Positions 40,599 through 50,276 of a DNA stretch of 64,000 bases are shown one piece after another; the stretch's first letter is position 1; every line of letters starts with the position of its first letter. Made by a program: the position numbers and the translations under genes. The stretch covers positions 18,742-82,741 of the forward strand of contig SUYA01000008.1 of the NCBI GenBank assembly GCA_015060695.1, read 5' to 3'. This stretch comes from Mediterranea massiliensis (GTDB taxonomy: Bacteria > Bacteroidota > Bacteroidia > Bacteroidales > Bacteroidaceae). The notes under the pieces were generated by a model, which was not told where the DNA came from, made no database searches, and saw only the letters and a program-made list of their open reading frames with translations.

Positions 40599-42596
40599 TT
40601 ATTCGCAAGTTGCACCAGCAGTTGTCGGCCATCCCGGATTTTGGTAGATCGGAGATTGGCTGATTGTTGCACCATCAGGAGCAGTAATCAAGAAGTGCTG
40701 AACTGCAATAGGATCCAAATAGTGTGCTTCGAAGAAGAAGAAACCGTTGTAGTATTGGTCGGTTGAAACCTTCTGGTTCGGACGCAAATAGTCACTTAAT
40801 GTGGGTGAAGAAACGTTGTTATTCTTCTCATTTTCTTGGTCATACTTCAACAAGTCGCCGAAGATTGATTCCATAGGACCGAAAATCTTGGCACCTTCCA
40901 ATTGGAAACCATTCAATTGGTCCATAGCACGCCAACGAATCAAGTCCATGTAGCGGAAACCTTCACCGATAAATTCGCAACGACGTTCACGACGGATGTT
41001 GTACAGAGTGGCGTCAACCAATGCACCCTTTGAGTATGCACCCCAGTCGTTAACAGCTTCCTTAGCCATATCGGTAGCAGCAATGGTCTTAGTATAGTCT
41101 GTATCTACACCGGCACGTTTGCGCAATGCTTTCCAGTAACCATCAGCCTTGCTGTTGATTTTGCCTTCTTTCAAGTAAGAAGCTTCGATGTAGTTCAAGT
41201 ATGCTTCGGCAGCACGGAATACCACGAAAGCAGTTTGGTCTTTACCCAACAATTGGTCATTGAAGTCCAATGAGTAACCCTTACCTTGGATGTAGCCGGT
41301 AGAGGTTGCAATCTTAGTATCAGACTTGTACAAGTCGGGTACTTCAGGGAAGTATTCAACTACTGCAATGTTTTCTACAGCTTTAGCTTCTTTCGGAGCC
41401 TTCATGAAGAGTTGCCAACGCCAGTCACGGTCAATCTTGGTGTCTGCAATGAAGTCATCGCCTGCATAACCACTGCCATCTGCGTAGATAGGCAAACCGT
41501 TCTGCATCAAGAATGTTTGTTCGAATTGCTTGGTGTAACCGGTGTTACCGCCACTATACAGATAGTGGTTGAAGTGGTGAGCGTTGCTGATGTCCAAGTT
41601 GTAGTTACGACACATGATTACTTCGCTGTAACCTGTGGGGTCGTGAGAAGCAAACATATCGTAGTAAGGATTCTTCGGTTTAGCTACTTCGTCGCGAATC
41701 ACTTGGTTGTTTTCAGTCAAAGCAACAGCATCTGCTACTTGTTCTGCAGCTTTCATGGCTTCGTCCAAGAAGAAGTTTATTTCAGTGTCAGCGTTGTATT
41801 GCAAACCTTGGTTGTAGTCCTTGCTTGCACCCGGCCAACCGCTACCGTTGGGAACCATAGCAGTACCTGCGTGGTATTTTTCCCAAGTTGCTTCAAACAA
41901 GGCAACGCGAGATTTCAATACCAAAGCAGCATTCTTAGTGATGCGTGTCTTTGCCATGTTGTTGTGCAACAAGCTGATAGCTTTGTCCAAATCAGAGAGA
42001 ATGAAACGAGCAACTTGGTTACGTGGAGCACGCTTTGACATTTCTGTCAAAATAGCAGCATCGTCCGGTTGAGTGGTTTCCACGATGGGGAAGTCACCGA
42101 TAGTGCGCAAACGATAGAAGTACTCCAAAGCACGGAGGAAGTAACCTTCACCCACATAGTGCTTAACGTTTTCTGCGTTACCGCTCAATTCACCGTTTTC
42201 CAAGCGAGGAGCTACTGTTTGCAGGTAGTAGTTCAAACCATAAATGTTTTCGAAGTTCCATTTTCCACCGCTTTGACCTACGGTCCAAGTATCCTTTAGG
42301 TAACGACCGTTAGTACCTTGTTGGTTGTCGGTAGCATTGTCGTCTTTGTAGGTAGAACCGTTTTGGGTACCCCAGTGGCTGGGAATCTGTCCACCTCTGT
42401 TAGAAGAGTTGCTGTCCCAGTTGCTATAGTTGGCATAGTAACCGTTGATATAAGCAGCCAATTGGTCTTCGCTCAAAAGATACTTCTCAGGAGAAACGTT
42501 TGACAACGGTTCTTGGTCCAAGAAATCGTCACATGCAGGCAGTGCTACGATGGCGCATGCCAACATCAAAGCTTTTGCTATATTATTAAATTTCAT
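40599..42596 (-). CDS. RagB/SusD family lipoprotein (SusD1)
   Basis: Lipobox LPAC-DDFLD, GEGYFLRA, FRAAEAYLNYIEA, IRRERRCEFIGEGFRYMDLIRW and QNPGW. Confidence 0.95.
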   Translation of the reverse strand: MKFNNIAKALMLACAIVALPACDDFLDQEPLSNVSPEKYLLSEDQLAAYINGYYANYSNWDSNSSNRGGQIPSHWGTQNGSTYKDDNATDNQQGTNGRYLKDTWTVGQSGGKWNFENIYGLNYYLQTVAPRLENGELSGNAENVKHYVGEGYFLRALEYFYRLRTIGDFPIVETTQPDDAAILTEMSKRAPRNQVARFILSDLDKAISLLHNNMAKTRITKNAALVLKSRVALFEATWEKYHAGTAMVPNGSGWPGASKDYNQGLQYNADTEINFFLDEAMKAAEQVADAVALTENNQVIRDEVAKPKNPYYDMFASHDPTGYSEVIMCRNYNLDISNAHHFNHYLYSGGNTGYTKQFEQTFLMQNGLPIYADGSGYAGDDFIADTKIDRDWRWQLFMKAPKEAKAVENIAVVEYFPEVPDLYKSDTKIATSTGYIQGKGYSLDFNDQLLGKDQTAFVVFRAAEAYLNYIEASYLKEGKINSKADGYWKALRKRAGVDTDYTKTIAATDMAKEAVNDWGAYSKGALVDATLYNIRRERRCEFIGEGFRYMDLIRWRAMDQLNGFQLEGAKIFGPMESIFGDLLKYDQENEKNNNVSSPTLSDYLRPNQKVSTDQYYNGFFFFEAHYLDPIAVQHFLITAPDGATISQSPIYQNPGWPTTAGATCE

Positions 42597-42611
42597 TTTC
42601 TTTCTTGTTTA

Positions 42612-45600
42612 TTAGAAGTTAACACTCAAACCAAATGAATAGGTGCGTGACAACGGATACACTGTACCACCTTGTGCACCAATACCGGCAGTTTCGGGGT
42701 CCATAGTACCAGTCAAGCTAGTAATAGTCAGCAAGTTTTCACCTGATACATAAACACGCAGATTTTGCAAACCAATCTTGTTGATTAAGCTCTTCGGCAA
42801 TGTGTAACCCAATTGCAGGTTCTTCAGACGCATGTAAGCTGCATTTTGCATGTAGCGTGTTTGTGTCTGTTGGTTCTTGCCATTGAAGAGAGGACGTGGA
42901 TAGTAAGAATCCAAGTTTTGTCCCAGCGGATGATCTGCATCGGCACGGAAGTAATCCATGTGTTCTTTGAATGAAGTTGACCACCATTGACCACTACCGG
43001 TAGTACCCCAGAATACCATACCACCGGGCATGTAGTCGCGCTTCAAAACACCTTGCCAGAACATAGAGAAGTCAAAGCCTTTCCATTGAGCATCAAATGT
43101 GATACCAGTGCGGAAACGCGGAGTATTGTTACCCAACTTTCTCAAGTCACCCATATCGTCCATAGTGTTTGAACCGTTGCTAATCTTTCCGTCATTGTTA
43201 ATGTCGGCATACATGATGTCACCGGCTTCCCATTTAGAGCCGAGAGCTGTTTGACCACCGTTGGGCAATGTAGCCAAGTGGGCATCCATCTCTTCCTTGG
43301 TCTTAGCAATACCGATGGTGGTATAACCGTAGATGTCACCAATCAATTCGCCTTCGCGGTATTGTGAAAGGCTTCTTGTCGGGTTAGGATACTTGTCGAT
43401 ACGGGTTTGTGAGTCAGAGATATTCAACTTCACACCGTAGCTGAAGTCGTCAATCTTATCGCGCCAGCCCAAAGAGAGTTCCCAACCATAAGTAGTCAAG
43501 TCAGTATTGTTAGTTCTAGGAACGCTTGTACCTAACAAAGCAGGGAGTTCTACACCGGGGCCTACCATGTTAGTCGTCTTACGCCAGAAGTAGTCGAACG
43601 AACCAGTCAAACGGTTGCGGAATGCACCAAAGTCGAAACCAAGGTTGGTGTTCTTAATCTTTTCCCAAGTCAAAGCAGCTGAAATTAATCCGGGAGCATA
43701 AGCTACGTTGGTTTTTCCACCACCTTGCAACCAGTTACCGCCGTTGGTAGTAACGCTCAATGTTTGGTAAGTAGGATACCAGTTGCTAGTGTTTTGGTTG
43801 GCCAATTCACCGTAAGATACGCGCAACTTGAATGTTTCTACTGTTTCAGCGAAGTTACCCAATGCTTGCCAGAAGTTTTCGCGAGCAACGTTCCAACCCA
43901 AAGAGAATGAAGGAGTAGTCACCCAACGCTTACCTTGACGGAAACGAGAAGAACCGTCGTAGCGGAGGTTAGCTTCAACCAAATACTTACCTTCGAAGTC
44001 ATAGTTTACACGACCGAAGAAACCGGCATTTCTCCATGATTGGTATTGACCATTCAATGTGTAGTTATCAACAGCGGTTGTCAAGTTCAATACAGGGAGG
44101 TCTTCAGTAATCATACCAGAACGTGCACCTGTCATATCGCGATAATCCATCTTTTCAGCTTGGAAACCGGCCAATACGGTGAAGTTATGCTTGTCTTGCA
44201 AAGAGAATGTGTAGTTAGAATATACAGTCGGGTTCAAGTAAGTTGCCTTGTATGAATATTCTGATACACGGTTGGTATTGGCACTGGTCAATGCTGTATA
44301 GGTATTCTCCGGATTGTTACCGTAGTGTGAATAGAATACATTTTGTGCCCAGTGTGTCCAGTTGTTATCGGTCTTGATGTTCATTTCACCAATGATGTTC
44401 CAGTTCTTCAACGGAGTGAAAGTCACCTTCAATTGGTGAGAGAGTGCATCCTTTTGTTCCTTTTGACGACCACCGTCACGCATTGCGGCGATGTAGTTGA
44501 TGTCTGACATCAAGTGACCGTTCGGATCATACTTTGCACGTACCGGACGAGCACGACGCAAGATTTGGTTGTAGAAGTCGCTATTCATATAGGTAGGACG
44601 TGCATAGTCGGTGCGTACCCAACGAGCTGAGTAATCTACTTTCAAAGCCTTAGTCAACTGTGCGCTCACCTTACCAGTGATGGTGTAGCGGTCGTAATCT
44701 TCAGTACCGTAACGCATGAAACCGTCTTGTGCCATGTAGTTGGCAGAGAGGTAGTAAGTCAATTTTCCGCTACCACCGCTTACGCTTACGTTGTGTTCAT
44801 GTGACGGAGCAGTCGGTTGATAGTATTCTTTCAACCAGTTTACATTGTGAGCTGGGTAGTCATAGTTCCATTTACCGTTACCTTGAATACCGGTACCGTC
44901 AGTTGTCCAAATATACTTGTCGCTCTTACCTACCATGAAGTCATAAACGAATTGCTTATATTCATCGGTGTAGAGGTGACGGTTGCTACCATTGAATTCG
45001 GCATCGTCGAAGAGGTTTACGAATTCATATGAATTTGCCATGTCGGGCATCTTCACTGGAGTTTGGATGCGGTAGTTGAAGTTGTAGTTGATTTGAGCAC
45101 GACCTTCTTTACCACTCTTGGTAGTTACAAGAACAACACCGAAAGGTGCGCGCGAACCATAAATAGAAGAGGCAGCAGCATCTTTCAATACAGAGATGTT
45201 TTCGATGTCTTGCGGGTTGATAGAGTTCAAATCACCTTCCATACCGTCAATCAAGATAAGCGGAGAACCGCTTGAATCTCCACCGACAGTACCGGTACCA
45301 CGCACATTGATAGATTTGGTTGCATTCAACTCACCACCGTTACCGCTAGTAGAGATGTTCAAACCGGGAATCACACCTTGCAATGCTTGAACAGCATTGG
45401 CTACCGGACGTGCTTCCAAGTCTTTAGCAGTAGCAGTACCAACAGAACCGGTCAAGTTCACTTTCTTTTGAGTAGCAAAACCTACTACAACCACTTCGTC
45501 CAACATTTCGTTGTCTTCTTCCAAAGTGATTTCAAAAGATGTTTTACCGGCTACTGGTACTTCTTGGGTTTTGTAGCCCACGAAGCTAATCTCTAAAGTA

Positions 45601-45842
45601 GCGTTTGAGGCAACTGTGAGAGAAAAGTCACCGTCTAAACCGGTGATTACACCATTGGTGGTACCTTTCTCAACAACACTGGCACCGATAACGGGACCCA
45701 TAGCGTCGTTTACCACACCTTTTACAGTGATTGCATTCTGCGCATTCAAGAACGGAACGTTCAAAAAGAGCGCCATGCAAACAGCCAAAATCGAAAGAAC
45801 TTTGCTTCCGAAAGGCATTGAGGAAATCTTTCGCTTTTCCAT
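42612..45842 (-). CDS. SusC/RagA TonB-dependent transporter (SusC1)
   Basis: EVVVVG, LKDAAASSIYGSRA plug motif, RYDGSSRF, LTWEK and C-terminal VNF. Confidence 0.97.
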   Translation of the reverse strand: MEKRKISSMPFGSKVLSILAVCMALFLNVPFLNAQNAITVKGVVNDAMGPVIGASVVEKGTTNGVITGLDGDFSLTVASNATLEISFVGYKTQEVPVAGKTSFEITLEEDNEMLDEVVVVGFATQKKVNLTGSVGTATAKDLEARPVANAVQALQGVIPGLNISTSGNGGELNATKSINVRGTGTVGGDSSGSPLILIDGMEGDLNSINPQDIENISVLKDAAASSIYGSRAPFGVVLVTTKSGKEGRAQINYNFNYRIQTPVKMPDMANSYEFVNLFDDAEFNGSNRHLYTDEYKQFVYDFMVGKSDKYIWTTDGTGIQGNGKWNYDYPAHNVNWLKEYYQPTAPSHEHNVSVSGGSGKLTYYLSANYMAQDGFMRYGTEDYDRYTITGKVSAQLTKALKVDYSARWVRTDYARPTYMNSDFYNQILRRARPVRAKYDPNGHLMSDINYIAAMRDGGRQKEQKDALSHQLKVTFTPLKNWNIIGEMNIKTDNNWTHWAQNVFYSHYGNNPENTYTALTSANTNRVSEYSYKATYLNPTVYSNYTFSLQDKHNFTVLAGFQAEKMDYRDMTGARSGMITEDLPVLNLTTAVDNYTLNGQYQSWRNAGFFGRVNYDFEGKYLVEANLRYDGSSRFRQGKRWVTTPSFSLGWNVARENFWQALGNFAETVETFKLRVSYGELANQNTSNWYPTYQTLSVTTNGGNWLQGGGKTNVAYAPGLISAALTWEKIKNTNLGFDFGAFRNRLTGSFDYFWRKTTNMVGPGVELPALLGTSVPRTNNTDLTTYGWELSLGWRDKIDDFSYGVKLNISDSQTRIDKYPNPTRSLSQYREGELIGDIYGYTTIGIAKTKEEMDAHLATLPNGGQTALGSKWEAGDIMYADINNDGKISNGSNTMDDMGDLRKLGNNTPRFRTGITFDAQWKGFDFSMFWQGVLKRDYMPGGMVFWGTTGSGQWWSTSFKEHMDYFRADADHPLGQNLDSYYPRPLFNGKNQQTQTRYMQNAAYMRLKNLQLGYTLPKSLINKIGLQNLRVYVSGENLLTITSLTGTMDPETAGIGAQGGTVYPLSRTYSFGLSVNF

Positions 45843-45891
45843 TGATAAAATTTAAGAGTTAGTAATAATAAATACATTAATAAATTTGCGG

Positions 45892-45899
45892 CAAAAGTA
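45892..45899 (-). promoter_or_regulatory. -7 element of susC1
   Basis: TACTTTTG on the minus strand. Confidence 0.6.
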
Positions 45900-45930
45900 A
45901 ATTTATATTTATTATGTGAACATCTCTTAA

Positions 45931-45995
45931 ATTTCAATTAGGTAGAACTTTGGTCCATGAAACAATTTTCTACCATTAATGAAACAATTATACCA
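45931..45995. promoter_or_regulatory. Candidate HTCS operator upstream of susC1
   Basis: ATGAAACAATT direct repeat at 45957 and 45979 (22-bp period), with a degenerate inverted copy at 45931-45958. Confidence 0.5.
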
Positions 45996-46006
45996 CTATA
46001 TGTGGA

Positions 46007-49000
46007 CTATTCTCCCTTAATGGTGCTACTAGATGTAAATGTTTCCATGTATTCTGATGGCAACATACCGAACTCTTTCTTGAAGCAGGCACTGAAATAA
46101 CGCGGGTCGCTATAGCCCACCGCATAGGCCAATTCGGAAATACGGATGTGTTGGTTTTCTTCCATAATGCGGCAGGCCGCTTTCATGCGGATGTTTCGAA
46201 TGAAGGAAGAATAACTAAGTCCGGTTAATGATTTTAGTTTGCGGAAGAAGGTAGATTTGGTGGTATGCAATTCTTCCAATAATTGTGTTTGGTCAAATGT
46301 GGCATCGTCTATATGGCGATTTACGCAATCGATGGCACGTTGCAGAAACTCTTCGTCAATGCTGGTGAAATTTAGTTCTTTGGCTTCGAATACCAGTTGC
46401 TTCTTAAATTCTCTGTTCAGCCGTTCGCGGGCTTTCAGCAGGTTACTGATTCGGGCATGAAGTACGCTAAGGTTAAACGGTTTCCCGATAAATCCGTCTG
46501 CACCCGATTCATAGGCTTCCACTTGATCTTCTTCTTTGTTCTTAGCCGTCAATAAGATAATGGGTATATGGCTGGTCTCAATATTGTTTTTAATCTGTTT
46601 GCACAGTTCGATGCCATTCATTTCGGGCATCATTACGTCCGATACCACCAACTCAATCTCTTCGTTGCATACTATTTCCCAGGCAACTTTCCCATCTGCC
46701 GCAGTATGGATAAGGTATTCTTTGGATAGTAATTTCACCATAAGTTGCAACAGTTCTTCGTTGTCCTCCACCAATAGTATGGAATGTTTTAATTCCTCCT
46801 CATCATGTTCTTCCGTTGCCATTGGCGGATTCTCTTCTTCAGAAATGATTGGTATTGTATCATCAATTTCTTCTTCACTATAAGCAGTGCGTTCTATGGG
46901 GAACGTCACGATGAAAGCAGTTCCTTTTCCTTCTTCGCTTTCCACTTCAATGCTGCCGTGGTGTAGCATTACTAAATCGCGTACTAATGATAGACCGATA
47001 CCGGTTCCTATGGTCTTGAATTTTCGGTAATCGCCTTCATAAAAACGTTTGAACAACTCTTTTTGTGCCTCTTTTGATATACCTGCTCCATTGTCTTTGA
47101 CTGTTAAACGTGCCATCCCTTCACCACTGAAGACCAAAGAGATTTCCACTTTACCGCCCGGATGATTGTACTTTGCGGCATTAGAAAGCAGATTGTATAG
47201 TATTTTATCTAATTTATCCGTATCGAAATATACATCCTTGGGTGGTGGAACGGCTGTAATTTGGAAATCAATCTGTTGCTTTTTCAATAATGGAACAAAA
47301 CCATTAACGCTGCGTTGGATGAATTGCGACAAGTCACCTAAAGAAACACGTAGTTTCAAGTTTCCGGTTTCTGTCTTCCTGAATTCTAAAATCTGTTGCA
47401 ACAGACGAATCAATCGGTTGATATTGGTATTCATTACACCATATTGCTCTTTATAAGATGGAGCTACTTGTTTCAGTTCATCTACCGATGCTGATATAAT
47501 GGTTAAAGGAGTGAGTAGTTCGTGGGTGATGTTTGTAAAGAATTGCAGTTTTGCGTGATTCAACTCTTCAAGTTGGTTTTTCTCCATCTCTTTGAAACGA
47601 AGTGCATTACGCATCCTAATGCGGTTGTGTACAGTCCGATACACAAATCCTATCAGTAGGATTGCTGCCAATAGATATAATGTATAAGCCCACCATGTAG
47701 CCCACGGGGGAGGGAGGATGGTGATTTTTAATATGCGTACTTCTCCGTTCCATATTCCGTTGGAACCGGCAGCACGCAGTTGGAACGTATAGTTTCCCGG
47801 TTGCAGGTTGTTGTAGTAGGCAAAACGTTTGGTAGCGTTGGCATATTGCCATTCTTCTTCAAACCCGTCCAGTCGGTAGGCGTAGTGGTTTCGTTCGGGT
47901 TTGATATAGCTCATAGCAGAAAATTCGATAGAGAAATTGTTTTGTTTGTGGTTTAACTCTATCTGTTTGGCGTATGGAGGAGCGAGTGGTGATATCTGTT
48001 GGCGTTCTTCGACAGGGAGAGAGTTCCATGAACGATTGAAAATTTTGAAGTCAGTAATCATTACCGGAACGGCATAGGTGTCTTCAGAAAGTGCTTCCGG
48101 ATAGAAACAGTTATAACCTCCATGTCCTCCGAAGAACAATTGTCCATCAGCGTCTGCAAACGAAGCTCCCCGATTGAAAATGTTACCCTGCAACCCGTCG
48201 GCGGTGGTATAGAGCCGGAATGCGTGTGATGTAAGGTCGTCTGATACGTCTAATCTGATCAATCCGGCATTGGTGCCTAACCAAAGTGTTCCGTCTTTAC
48301 TCTCTTCGATACTTAGCACGGCATCGCCAGGTAGGTTCCACCGCGCATGAACCGGAAGGAAAGTATCGGTTAATCGGTCGTAAAGATTCAAACCGCTTCC
48401 ACCCATGCCGGCCCAAATACGACCTTTACTGTCTGTGAAGATGCAATTCCCTTGGTTGTTGTTCAATTTTCCATTTTCAACGGAATATAGATACAGTTTG
48501 TAAGAATGGTTGTCGGGTTTCATGCACAGCACTCCATTCCCATTTGTAGCAGCCCATATTTCTTGTTCTGTTGATTCGGTTAAGTGTCTGATTTCCAAAT
48601 CTTGCATCTGAAGATTTTCGCCTTCGATGATTTGTGAGTCAAAACGTTTAAACTCTCCTTCCATAGATAACTTTGAAACCCCTCGTGCAGTAGAAAACCA
48701 AAGGTTTTGTTGCTCATCTTCATGAATATCGAAAACCAATGCGCTAGGTAACCAGGATACGTTCATAGGTGTGTATTGATGCACTTTTTGATGCGTAGCA
48801 GTTTTATTAATCACATAAACTCCAGTGTTATAGGCGGCAAACCAGATTTCTCCGGTCGTGGAGTGTTGGCAAATGGCTTCCACCGTTGGTATCGTTGCAT
48901 AGTTGTCGAACATCGGCATTTGCGTATAGCGGGTCAGTTTTCCATTCGTGTCTTGCATGGCCAAGCCATAGCTGCCGATACCCATCCAAAGGTTCCCTTC

Positions 49001-50122
49001 ATCATCTTTGATGAGGCTTCTTACTGAACTGGTATTCAGTTTCATGGCAAAATCATCTCCGTTAAAATCTGATTTACGAATGTGAACTTTGTTTATGCCT
49101 CCGCCAATCATACCAATCCACATTACTCCTTGGCGATCTATTACCAAAGAGGTCAATTCGTCGCTATTCAGCGAAGTAGATGAATAGTCGGGGTAGTAAT
49201 TTTGAAAATGAAATTCCGGATTGTCAATCAAAGGAAGTACGCTCAAACCTCTGCGTGTGCCAACCCATAAAGCATGATTATAAGGGTCTTCGTTTATCGC
49301 ATATATTATATTGTCTGATATGGAGTGTTCGTCCTCTTCATTGTGCAAGAATGTCTGCCAAGTGGTAAACTCTGGTTGATATGGATTTATCAGTTTCTGT
49401 ACTCCCGAACGCCATGTTCCTACCCAGATGTCTCCCCGACTGTCTTGAAACACCACATGTGCTGAGTTTTGTTGGTTCATGGGGGGATATTTATAGAATT
49501 TGCCGGTTCTGTATTCATAGCGGTAAAGACCTTGTGACCAAGTGCCTATCCAGATATCTCCTCGTGCATCTTCCATAAGTGAACGAACGGTAACTATGGG
49601 CATTACATTACCGGTATTCGTTTGATTGTATAGTAAGAAAGTATCTGTTTCCCTAAGATATTCATACAATCCGGCATCTGTGGCAAAGAATACTCGATTG
49701 TTTCGCGACACTAATATATTTACTACCTTATTATCTTTTAGTCCTTGCGTCTCTATTTGTTTGATTTCTCCTGTACGTTTGTCTAATACATTCAGCCCTT
49801 TGGCGGTACCAATCCACAATCGGTGTTCGCCATCTTCGGCCACGCAGTTGATGTTGTTGCTGTTTAGCAGGTCGGGGGTGTGTAGATTCGACTTGTAGGT
49901 GGTAACGCTATAACCGTCGTATTGAAAGAGCCCGTTGCGAGTAGATATCCAAATATAACCATCTCTGTCTTGATAAACCGATTGCACTTCTTTATTGGTC
50001 AGTTCTTTTAGTTCGTTGGGATTTTCGAAGTTGAGCGTCTGCCCAGAATTAGCTTTCAGAAGGGGAATTTCTCCTAAAAGAAAAGTGAACAATAATATAA
50101 TGCGGTATAGAAAATCGGTCAT
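46007..50122 (-). CDS. Hybrid two-component system sensor kinase/response regulator (HTCS1)
   Basis: Beta-propeller repeats, Y_Y_Y domain, TM helix, FFTNITHELLTPL, GTGIGL, receiver SDVMMP and AraC HTH. Confidence 0.96.
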   Translation of the reverse strand: MTDFLYRIILLFTFLLGEIPLLKANSGQTLNFENPNELKELTNKEVQSVYQDRDGYIWISTRNGLFQYDGYSVTTYKSNLHTPDLLNSNNINCVAEDGEHRLWIGTAKGLNVLDKRTGEIKQIETQGLKDNKVVNILVSRNNRVFFATDAGLYEYLRETDTFLLYNQTNTGNVMPIVTVRSLMEDARGDIWIGTWSQGLYRYEYRTGKFYKYPPMNQQNSAHVVFQDSRGDIWVGTWRSGVQKLINPYQPEFTTWQTFLHNEEDEHSISDNIIYAINEDPYNHALWVGTRRGLSVLPLIDNPEFHFQNYYPDYSSTSLNSDELTSLVIDRQGVMWIGMIGGGINKVHIRKSDFNGDDFAMKLNTSSVRSLIKDDEGNLWMGIGSYGLAMQDTNGKLTRYTQMPMFDNYATIPTVEAICQHSTTGEIWFAAYNTGVYVINKTATHQKVHQYTPMNVSWLPSALVFDIHEDEQQNLWFSTARGVSKLSMEGEFKRFDSQIIEGENLQMQDLEIRHLTESTEQEIWAATNGNGVLCMKPDNHSYKLYLYSVENGKLNNNQGNCIFTDSKGRIWAGMGGSGLNLYDRLTDTFLPVHARWNLPGDAVLSIEESKDGTLWLGTNAGLIRLDVSDDLTSHAFRLYTTADGLQGNIFNRGASFADADGQLFFGGHGGYNCFYPEALSEDTYAVPVMITDFKIFNRSWNSLPVEERQQISPLAPPYAKQIELNHKQNNFSIEFSAMSYIKPERNHYAYRLDGFEEEWQYANATKRFAYYNNLQPGNYTFQLRAAGSNGIWNGEVRILKITILPPPWATWWAYTLYLLAAILLIGFVYRTVHNRIRMRNALRFKEMEKNQLEELNHAKLQFFTNITHELLTPLTIISASVDELKQVAPSYKEQYGVMNTNINRLIRLLQQILEFRKTETGNLKLRVSLGDLSQFIQRSVNGFVPLLKKQQIDFQITAVPPPKDVYFDTDKLDKILYNLLSNAAKYNHPGGKVEISLVFSGEGMARLTVKDNGAGISKEAQKELFKRFYEGDYRKFKTIGTGIGLSLVRDLVMLHHGSIEVESEEGKGTAFIVTFPIERTAYSEEEIDDTIPIISEEENPPMATEEHDEEELKHSILLVEDNEELLQLMVKLLSKEYLIHTAADGKVAWEIVCNEEIELVVSDVMMPEMNGIELCKQIKNNIETSHIPIILLTAKNKEEDQVEAYESGADGFIGKPFNLSVLHARISNLLKARERLNREFKKQLVFEAKELNFTSIDEEFLQRAIDCVNRHIDDATFDQTQLLEELHTTKSTFFRKLKSLTGLSYSSFIRNIRMKAACRIMEENQHIRISELAYAVGYSDPRYFSACFKKEFGMLPSEYMETFTSSSTIKGE

Positions 50123-50153
50123 TATGCAGCAATTTTATCTGTATTAGGTGCTG

Positions 50154-50161
50154 CAAAAGTA
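50154..50161 (-). promoter_or_regulatory. -7 element of HTCS1
   Basis: TACTTTTG, 31 nt upstream of the ATG. Confidence 0.55.
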
Positions 50162-50276
50162 CATTATTTCGTCAAAGTTGCAAAAAAATCGTCATTATTT
50201 GACGAATTTCCATATCCTCTACCTTTGTTTGTTATGGAATGAGTGGTTTTAATCGTTTAGCTGATGTTGCCAATTT

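Noticed and set aside
41286-42038. Long antisense ORFs over susC/susD (also 51791-52516, 55166-55642 and others)
   Set aside because: They are shadows of the strongly biased codon usage of the sense genes, with no recognisable motifs or independent signals.
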